Assembly (NCBI RefSeq): GCF_001194135.2
Contig: NC_068988.1
Coordinates: forward strand, 73,929,582 to 73,993,581
Direction: 5' to 3'
Source of the DNA: Octopus bimaculoides
Lineage: Eukaryota
Length of the DNA: 64,000 nucleotides
The position numbers were made by a program, and so were the translations under genes. The notes beneath the pieces were generated by a model. The model made no database searches. It was not told the DNA's origin and saw only the letters and a program-made list of their open reading frames with translations. This document shows positions 12,150 to 22,200 of the stretch, piece after piece (within the stretch, counting starts at the first letter, position 1; each line of letters begins with the position of its first letter).

Positions 12150-12857
12150 CACAACACACACCACCCTAATAGTAATATCGACAGACTCTACCTACCAAGA
12201 AAGGAACGAGGTAGAGGATTACTAAATGCTTTTTCATCATTAGTATTATGATAGTGGGGTTGAAACACTATGTTGCTCAGAGTAAGGAAATAATACTACT
12301 GGCTGCAAGAGATGCCCAGAAAGCTACTGAAACAGTAGAATTCAAGGAAAGAAGGGAGAACAACAGAACAAGCAGAAGGAAAGAAATGAAATTACTTGGC
12401 CAATTCATGCAATACAAAGACAATGTTGGATGCAATGAACACTGACACAGGCTGACATAAGGGAATCTGAAAAGAGAGACCAAACAAAACGCTAATCATA
12501 GTCACTCAGGAAGAAGCAATTAGAACAAATCTGAAGGCAGAGATACACAAAGCTCAGGCAGCAAATGTAGAATCTGTAGGAAAAGAGACAAGTAAACTAG
12601 CACTAAAAGAGTATGAGCACCAGCATACTGTGTAGGTGTGGCTTCAAAACAACAGGAAAATGGTATGAACACAAACTAGAAGTTGTGAAAGAAAATGAGA
12701 ATTATATGATCTTATGAGACTTCTCCATAAAGACTGATCATATTACTAAGACCAGATATGATTATAGTAGACAAAATACACAAACAATGTAAGATCGTGG
12801 ACTTTGCAATTCCCTATGATAGCAGAGTTGATACAAGAGAAACTGAAGAAATAACAG
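12150..12857 (+). mobile_element. R4/Dong-like non-LTR element (restriction-like endonuclease type), 3' coding fragment, decayed
   Basis: HPNSNIDRLYLPRKERGRGLLN (end of RT), KCRIC...LALKEY (CCHC finger), and DFSIKTDH..RPDMIIVDKIHKQCKIVDFAIPYDSRV (PD-(D/E)XK endonuclease). Confidence 0.8.
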
Positions 12858-12861
12858 GTTT

Positions 12862-12991
12862 TTTAATAACAAATATATTTATTTTTAGAAACAGAATAGA
12901 AAAAGGATTTTTTTCATATGTTGTAGTTACTTAAGGGTCAGATTTACCCTCATCAAACAGATCTATAATCAAAGGCATTCCATCTTTTATT
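12862..12991 (-). terminator. Candidate CSTF2 polyadenylation signals: AATAAA 12986-12991, AATAAA 12878-12883, ATTAAA 12862-12867
   Basis: Hexamers read directly on the minus strand about 90-220 nt after the stop, each followed by U/GU-rich sequence. Actual usage is unknown. Confidence 0.6.
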
Positions 12992-13083
12992 CTGATAGTA
13001 GGGTGTGGTCTGAGGGAGATTTGGTCACTGCACCTAGCTGATCAGATGGAAAGGACCTTCCTTTGGAGACATTTTCATACTGT

Positions 13084-13203
13084 TTAGGTCTGAGCACTTT
13101 TGGCAATTTGATCCTTTAAAATAAGAATACTCTGTCTCTGTTCAGGTGGTAACATAGAAATTTGTTGATCTGTTAGTTGCAGCACTTGCATTATCAGAGC
13201 AGC
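13084..13203 (-). CDS. CSTF2: CSTF2 terminal coding exon: [39 protein letters not shown]
   Basis: Long poly-T tract plus ttgcag acceptor; highly conserved CstF-64 C-terminal domain; TAA at 13084-13086. Confidence 0.97.
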   Translation of the reverse strand, partial: AALIMQVLQLTDQQISMLPPEQRQSILILKDQIAKSAQT

Positions 13204-16200
13204 CTGCAATAAAAAAAAAAAAATTAAAAAAAAAAAAAATTGATATGAATATTCAAAATTTAAAATATTCTAAAACTGAATTTGTTTAGATTTAAATATC
13301 AGTGATGAAATTCTTTTTCTTTAAAAGAGTCATTTATTACATAAAACTGTATAAATTAATGAAAAAGATGTCAGTCAATATTAACTTACAGTCCGTAGAA
13401 GGTTTAAAAAACAACTTTTAGGAACAATAGTGGTTTATTAATGTAGAAGGTTGTAAATTTTTCCCATATCAAAGTTCAATAAGCTGAAAAAATTGTTTTA
13501 TAGTTTACAGTAAGCAGCTGGGGTTGCTGTGTATGCAAATAAAAATGCAAAATTAGGGAATGGAGTGGATAAAATCCAGGCAACGTATGTTTCATAACTA
13601 GCGAAACCTCAGAAGCAGTAATTGCCCGAAGTGAGAGATAATCTGCTAGCTACTTGTTGGGCCAAAGATATCTTAATCAAATGAATGTTTGATTAAGCTT
13701 TAGCCTGATAAGTAGCTTGAAGATTAGCCCTCATTTAGGCAATTACTACTTCCAACTTCCAAGGTTCTGCTAGCTATGAAACATTTGTAGCTTGGATTGT
13801 GTCAATTCCATTTCCTAATTTTATATATATATATATATATATGTAAATATATAAAAATAAAAAGATAAAGAGAGCAATGGTAAGGTTGGAGAAGTATTTT
13901 ATGGATAGAGTCTTACAGCTGTTTCTGGGAAGATCCAGTACTTCCCTTCATCGGAGACAGAAAAAATAAAGTAATCTATTATTATATCCATAGGCGGATA
14001 TTTTTAGTATGAAGTGGTAAAGAGTGCGATGCGCTGAAAAAAGAGAGAACAGTACTTGAAGTGTAGTTTCATTCCAGTAGTAAATATCCGTGTAGAAATC
14101 CGTGTAAAGTAATCNNNNNNNNNNTGTAGTATATAGGTGGTGGGGGTATGAGTGATAAACCAAGGACAGAGATAAAGGGAGAGATGGGTGGGAAAGGTAG
14201 TTAATAGTATCATATTCAAGAATGCAGCCAAACCTATTTATAGATGGTGGAAGGGGATTGAGAGAAACAACGTAGTCTGTATGCGTTGGTGGTGTAGTTG
14301 TGAATTAGAGAGTAGAAGAAATAGATTTGGGGGTATATATATGTGGTGATATGATCGAAAGAAAATAATCCTATTCAAAAGATAGTAAAAGATGGATGTT
14401 TTTGCCAGGTTGAATAGGTTGCCTGTTGGGGGTCGTGTAATTATGTTGCGTGATTGTTTGTGCAATTTTGCTTGTGATAGAACTTAAATGTGTGGAAAGA
14501 GCGGTGATTGCAGTTGCTAATGCTTCGTTATATTGATTAAGTAGAGTGGGAGAATTGTATTTTAAAATATGGAACGCCTCCGTTAGGCAAAGCTTGCAGT
14601 TGGAGCGCTGGCCCTGGTATGGAGTTCCAGAATCTAAGATNNNNNNNNNNNNNNNNNNNNNNNNNNNNNNNNNNNNNNNNNNNNNNNNNNNNNNNNNNNN
14701 NNNNNNNNNNNNNNNNNNNNNNNNNNNNNNNNNNNNNNNNNNNNNNNNNNNNNNNNNNNNNNNNNNNNNNNNNNNNNNNNNNNNNNNNNNNNNNNNNNNN
14801 NNNNNNNNNNNNNNNNNNNNNNNNNNNNNNNNNNNNNNNNNNNNNNNNNNNNNNNNNNNNNNNNNNNNNNNNNNNNNNNNNNNNNNNNNNNNNNNNNNNN
14901 NNNNNNNNNNNNNNNNNNNNNNNNNNNNNNNNNNNNNNNNNNNNNNNNNNNNNNNNNNNNNNNNNNNNNNNNNNNNNNNNNNNNNNNNNNNNNNNNNNNN
15001 NNNNNNNNNNNNNNNNNNNNNNNNNNNNNNNNNNNNNNNNNNNNNNNNNNNNNNNNNNNNNNNNNNNNNNNNNNNNNNNNNNNNNNNNNNNNNNNNNNNN
15101 NNNNNNNNNNNNNNNNNNNNNNNNNNNNNNNNNNNNNNNNNNNNNNNNNNNNNNNNNNNNNNNNNNNNNNNNNNNNNNNNNNNNNNNNNNNNNNNNNNNN
15201 NNNNNNNNNNNNNNNNNNNNNNNNNNNNNNNNNNNNNNNNNNNNNNNNNNNNNNNNNNNNNNNNNNNNNNNNNNNNNNNNNNNNNNNNNNNNNNNNNNNN
15301 NNNNNNNNNNNNNNNNNNNNNNNNNNNNNNNNNNNNNNNNNNNNNNNNNNNNNNNNNNNNNNNNNNNNNNNNNNNNNNNNNNNNNNNNNNNNCAGTTCAG
15401 GGGCACCAGCAACGATCTTGCTCGAAGAAATTTCATGTGTAACCAGCACAAGAGCCAGTCCAGGGGCACTAGCAACGATCTCGCTCGAAAAACCTCATGT
15501 GTCACCCACACAAGAGCCAGCCCAGGGGCACCGGCAACGATCCCGCTCGGAAGATTTCATGTGTCGCCCGCACATGAGCCAATCCAGGGGCACTGGCAAC
15601 GATCCCGCTTGAAAGACTTCATGTGTCGCCCGCACATGAGCCAGTCCAGGGGCACTGGCAACGATCTGTCATATTCTACTATTGGTACAAAGCCTGGAAT
15701 TTGAGGGGAGATGGCTAGTCCATTACATCAACCCCAGTGCTTAACTGGTGCTTATTTCATCGATCCTGAAAGGATGAAAGGCAAAGTTGACCTCAGTAAA
15801 ATTTAAACTTAGAACATGAAGACAGATGAAAGGCTGCTAAGCATTTTGCTTGGTGGGCTAACAATTCTGCCAGCTCGCTGTCCTATATACACACTCACAC
15901 ACATATATGATATATGAATTTGTTAGGTTTCCAACATCTATTTTTCCATGCTAATGTGGCTTAGACAGAAACTGATTTTGAGAGATGATTATCAGACCAG
16001 ATGCTCTACCTGTCACCAACCCTCAGCTGTTTTTCAGGCAATGGATCTTTTATATTCCAAAGATCTTCAAAAGCATAGACCAACTGGTTTTAATGTCAAG
16101 AGAGAATATAAATATCAACATTATTTTACTGAAACAGTGAGGAGAAAATTGCAACATTCATGCACATTCAGACACATATTTTTACACATATGTGCACGTG

Positions 16201-19200
16201 CATACACACACAAATATATTGTTTCAAATAATATATATTACATTATGCGGCATGTATATAATATGTATAATAAATAAGGGAGTAGAAGAGGGTAGCTTAG
16301 CAGATCTTCAGGCAATACCCAGGAGAGAATTCTGGTTACTGATGAGAGAAGAGAGCCACAGGAAGAAAAGGGTGACAGCTGCATTTGAAAGATTGCCCAA
16401 TCGTGAGGTGCTGAAGTACACATACCCAAAGAAAAGGGAGCTGAAAATATTAATCAGTTTCAAATCATTTCTTTGTTCAATGTGGAGAGTAAGGTTTTCT
16501 TCAGCATTGTGTCTAAAAGACTCCAACTTCCTGCTGAACAATAAGTATATCAGTACAGAAGGGAGGCATATCAGGAATCTTTGGTTGCCTTGAACACACA
16601 GTATGGTGATGCAGCTCATCAGAGAGGCACAACAGGAAAGAGGAGACCTGGTTGTACCGTGGATGGATCTGACCAATGCCTATGGCTCAATACTACACAA
16701 GCTGGTTAAGTTGCACTAAAGAGATACCAAGTACCCAACAAACTAAGACCTTATTAGGAACTACTACGGGAGAATCAGGCTGAGGGTTTCCTCTGGTCAA
16801 CTGACATTTGAGTGGGACCAGCTAAATGGGAATAATCCCAATACCTCTCTGCAGATTTGACTAGCATTTCCATTGTTAATGCAAAGAGGGAAACGGATGC
16901 CTCACCTCAGTGTCCCTCTTTGCATTAGCAATGAACATGCTGGTCAAATTTGCAGAGAAGTATTGGGATCTCCTCAGCAAGACAAGGGTAGGGCAACTAC
17001 TCATCAGAGCCTTCATGGATGACTTTTCAGTGACAACAACAGTGCAGGTAGCCAAGTGGATCTTTTTGGTACTAAAGAAGTTTGTGGCATGGGCATGAAT
17101 GAGTTTCAAATCTACAAAGTCCTAGTACATAGTTTTGAAGAAAGGGAAAGTCATTAACAAGTTCCACTTCAAGGAATGAGGAGATTAGATCCTGTCTATC
17201 ACAGGAAAACCAGGGAAAAGTCTTGGGAAGAACTTCAACTGCAGTTTGAAGGACATCAACTCAAGCTTACCAGCATGTAATCCTCCCAAGAATACTCTGG
17301 CCCCTGCTTTATGAAGTCTCTGTGACAGCAGTTGAGAGCTTAGAGCACATGGTGAGCAACCATCCTCATAGTTGGCCAGGTTTGCCTCACACTTTGAGTG
17401 TCATGGGTACACCAGTTCTAGGAATACCCAAGTGACTAGTGCAGGGATTGCAGTGACTATAGGATGTAGAAGGCAATCAGAGCAGTGTTGTAGGTAGCAG
17501 AGCTACTGAAACACAAAGTCCTCCTTGGGAGAGTGGCACAGGGCAGGGTTGGATTTCAAAACACTACAACAACCCAATATGATAAGGCTAGCAGGAAGAA
17601 GATACAGAATCTGGTGCTTGAATGGCAGAAGAGTGGGCAAGCAGAGCAGTGGCAATGTGGAAACGGGGATGCTTCTGATCAAGTAGGAACAAGCAATGGA
17701 GTAGAATGTCACCTGGCAAGACATCTGGAAATGGAACTCACAGAGGATGAAGTTCTTGAAGGTCTATGATATCCTCTCCAGCCAATCCAACCTATTTACA
17801 TGGGAGATAAGTGAAAACTGCCACATGCTCCATGTGTTCTTAGACAGGGATCCACAAGCACATCCAAAACAGCTGCTCCAAGGCTCTGAGTAAAGAATGC
17901 TATTGCTGGAGACATGATGAAGTCCCCAATAAAACTGTTGAGGCAATCAATAAGGGGATCAGTGACAGCAATAATGCCAGTCCTGTGGCCTTAAGTCAGA
18001 GAAGAAAAAGTGGAGAGGGCACTTGTCCTTGGTGTTCAAGATCTTGAGTGGTGGGGTTCCTCAATGGTCCTTAAAGGTCCCCCAGTATCAGGACCACATC
18101 ACTATCACTTTTTTTTTTGACTGACATGCACTATGTATACTTATTTCTTCTGTTTTCATTTTATACTTTGCATACCTTTTAATTTCGTTCATTCAATGTA
18201 AATCCCCACACCTTTATCTACCTTTGTATCCCCTCCTTATCTGTTGTCCTGATGACAAATAAAAATCATCATTGTTGTCATCATTATTAAGGTGGCAAGT
18301 TGGCAGAACTGTTAGCACACTGGACAAAATACTGCCAAGCATTTTGTCCACTCTGATGAGTAGTCCTGAGTTCAAATTCTGCTGAGGCTGACTTTGCCTT
18401 TCATCCTTTTGGGGGTTGACAAAATAAGTACTAGTCAAATACTGGGGTAGATGTAATTGACTAGCCCCCTCCCCCCAAATTTCAGGCTTTGTGCCTATAA
18501 CAAAAAGGATTGTTATTATTGCATGCAGAAACCATTCTGCATACACTTGCGCAGTGTATGAGTATTGCTGACTTATGGAGTTATGTTGAACAGCTCATAT
18601 TGAGTGTAGAACGAATCTGACAATAAGCTGAATCCATTGTCAGGATCACCTCACCACCCACCTTTAACAAGGTAGAGCAGGCAGTTTCCTCTGTCTAGTG
18701 GCTTTGGTGAAAGAAGTTGTGTGGTGGATGAGGCTGAAAGGATTGAGGAAAGACATCTTCCTTTTCAGTCAAGCTCTCATCGACTTTTTTATGTTCCACT
18801 TGAAAGAGAAAGTAAGGGTAGAAAGAGAAGTGCTACATCTCAGTGGATTTGTGAAAAGATGGATGACTGTGGCAAAAATGGTTACAGTGAATGGCCCTGT
18901 TATAAGTATGTGCCTGTAGATCAGAGAGCATGAGACAGGGTTTGCACCTTTGGTGGTCAGGATAATCCTGGACCTGTAGGGTTCCTTGATTGACCCTAGT
19001 TGGAGTTTCTCTTGTATCAGGAGGACTGTATCATTCATGTTATCACATACTTTGTATACTATGTATACTTCTATTGCATTTCACTATCTTTTCCATTTCT
19101 TTCTCCCTATCCTTTATGTTAATCCCCATGCAAATTGTTGTTTGTTCTTGTGATGCCCCCTTATTCTATGCCCCTGATGCTAATAAAAGAAATTATTATC

Positions 19201-22200
19201 ATCACTATTGAGTGAGAGAGGAATGCATGCCATCAAGGGGACACTGGGGTACAAATATATGAAGCCCAATATACCCACCATGACACCTGTCCAATAAGGG
19301 TACACTAGGCACAAGCATCACAACCATATATGACATAATGATCTCATATCAAGATAGCGCATGACCTTGCAAGTAGGGTCCAGTTAGAATTTGCTTTAGG
19401 TTGAGTAGCCCATCCTACTCATAAGGTCCCTGAATAAGATATGTTTAATGATGATGAACAAAACACCCATGTTTCCAGAGGCAAATTATTCAAATCCAAA
19501 AGAATTCCTCAACACATGGCTATGATGCTCCCACACTACTCCTGCTCATGATCAGAGATGCACACATTGTCAGCCACTAAGGGACATGCTCAACTGGTTA
19601 CAGCCAAGCAACTGACAAGCAAATGTGTAACCAAAAAGTTAGCTTCGCTAACCGCTAATCTGCTAACTAAAAAAAGTTAGCTTTGCAAATGTTGAATGTA
19701 AAAGAATTAGCAGAAGCTAATGCTAACTTTTATTATATGAATTTAACTTCAGTTTGGTTTTTTGGCTCTAAAAAAAAAATTTGTCCATGTGATTACATTT
19801 ACTAAAAGTTTCAGATCTGGAATGAAGTAGTGCAGTGGAATTCATGAATTTTAAAAAAGTGAGATCTTTCAGTTAAACATAGCTTGCCTCTCTGTGTTCC
19901 ATTTACACATGGCATGGATTTCCATGAAGATCCACTTGATTGTGTGTGGTCTTCAGCTCCCATATATAGCTAGCCAACTATATGACTTTATTGCTATCCA
20001 TGAGAAGACTAGAGGTTCATGTATCTTTTTTTTAAATTGTCTTCGCATAAACTGGCATAAAGAAATCCAAAAGAAGAATTATGCCTTCTGAAGTGACTTT
20101 AACTTCATAAATAACTAAGATTATCAAGCATGCCTAATTGAATAGGCAAGTTTCACAGTCTCAACAGTTACAACAAAGAGTGGGCTCTTGGTGTCGCTTG
20201 CAAGTGATAATGTAATTCATATTGGGACAGCAGTTGTATAAAACTTTTTACTGAAAGGCAAATTTCTTTTGTTGAACTGGAAGACACCACCTGCTCCAGA
20301 TTGAACAATGCTATTTCACAGACTTTGGTCTCCTTCCCCATTGAATTACACTACACCTGCAATATTAATTAATTTTGATAGACAAAGGGGACATGACTCT
20401 GGTTTTTTCTTCTTTTCTTTTTTATTTAACTTCTGTTTTTAATTTTCTGCTTTTTCTCATTCCCCTTGCTCTTCTTTTTTAACATGCTTTCTCATATAAC
20501 AGCATCCTTCTTGTTTCTTTATATATGACTAGCCATGTTGTGAATTCAAGCCTGAAGGATTACTTGCAGTCTCAAGGCATGATATGTAAATCTGCTGGTT
20601 TATTGTGTTTCTAAAGCATGAAACTATTAGTTGCTTGTATCTAATTACTGTGTAGTATATTAAATGATATTTATCTCTCACTGGATGGAGTATTTCTTTT
20701 GTTGATCCAACTAATAATGGAACAATAAACTATAAAGAGTGGAGACATGGTTTAGTGCTTAGGGTGTTGGACACATGACTGTAAAATTGTGGTTTTGATT
20801 TCCAGACCAGGTGATGCATTGTGTTCTTTTTAGCAAAACACTTCATTTCACACTACTCCAGTTCACTCAGCTGGCAAAAATGATCAATCCTGTGATGGGC
20901 TGGTGTCCTGTCCAGGTGGGGAAATATATGTACCATGGAAACCAGCCCTATGAGTCTGTATGACTCAGGAAGGATCTTTATCCTTTTCTTTTTAAAACTA
21001 TACATATATAAACATATATGTATACATGATGGCCGTCCACTCGTGACCAAGGAAGACCATTACTGACCTTCAGGAACATTGTGCGCTCTAGGACTTACTT
21101 ATATTTTGCATTTGCAGCTCCGTTGGTTGCTAATGAGCCCTGCTCTTGACAAGCATACACAACTGCAAACATTGCAGACCAAGCTTTCCCCATTCACTAT
21201 ACGAGCCGTGCGCTTTCGCGCAGCTCACTTAAGTTCTTCATGCTGGATACCTGCTCTCTCAAAAGTGTCAATCCCCTCCTTAACCTGCTTCCTCCATCCG
21301 TGGCGATGACAGGCATTGTTCTCCCAGTGTTCCTTCCGGTCTCTTCAGTCTTGTGTCTGGTCCCAGCATGGCATAGCAAGGCAAACAAAAGTTGCTGTGT
21401 ACCGTGCATGTGTACTGACATCGCTCCTCTACTCATGCGAGACATGGACTCTGTACAAACGTCAGGTAAGGGTCCTTGAACGCTTTCATCAGAGATGTCT
21501 CAGACACATTCTGAATGTTGGCTGGACCTCAAAAATTCCAGACACACAGGTCCTGAGGACAGCTGATATCTTGAGTATTGAGGCGATGGTGCACAAGCAC
21601 TGGTTACGTTGGACTGGACACCTTATTAGAATGAAGGATAGCAGGATTCCTAAGCAGATGCTATATAGAGAACTTGTGAATGGAAAGAGACTCCGGCAGA
21701 AACCAAGGCTGTGATTTAAGGACTGTGTCAAGTCCTCATTAAAGGCCTGTGATATGCAGGACACTGACTGGGAGAACAATGTATACATGTATACATACAC
21801 ACACATATATCATTATCACCAGCACCAGCACCACCACCATTTAGAACCCCCTTTTCCATGCTGGCATAGATTTAAATGGTTCAACAAGAATGAATGAGTT
21901 AGAGGGCTGCACCAGGTTCTATGTCTGTTTTCACATGGTTTCTACAGCTGCCAAACACTTCACAAAGTGGAATGGTTGCTTTTTATGTGGCACCAGCACT
22001 GATGAGGTTACCAAGTATCTACAAGATAAGACCCCTTAATTGAATGGGTATAGAATGGAGGGATAAGAAACTAATCTTGCTTAAGAGGTGAATACATGGC
22101 TTGCCCACCTGGAGAGAGAGAGAGAGAGAGATGTGAGGTCCAGGAAAAAAGTGAATATGAAGCAGAATAGGATAGAGGTGTAGAAAATTTGGATGTATAT

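Noticed and set aside
11620-12150. ORF 11857..12159 and neighbours as a possible host exon or gene
   Set aside because: No recognisable domain, stops in all extended frames, and flanked by LINE relics; left unannotated.
14030-14640. G/T-skewed stretch that at first looked like a mitochondrial insertion (NUMT)
   Set aside because: The minus strand translates to a Penelope GIY-YIG tail; no mitochondrial gene motif was recognised.
15392-15666. Regularly spaced repeats resembling a CRISPR array
   Set aside because: Whole 62-bp units are mutually similar, so there are no unique spacers; the unit derives from an RTE 3'UTR; the context is eukaryotic with no cas genes.
14537-15704. Long ORFs of 270-360 aa (also 29969-31089, 35765-36372, 59653-60346)
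   Set aside because: Artefacts of N-gaps (poly-X).
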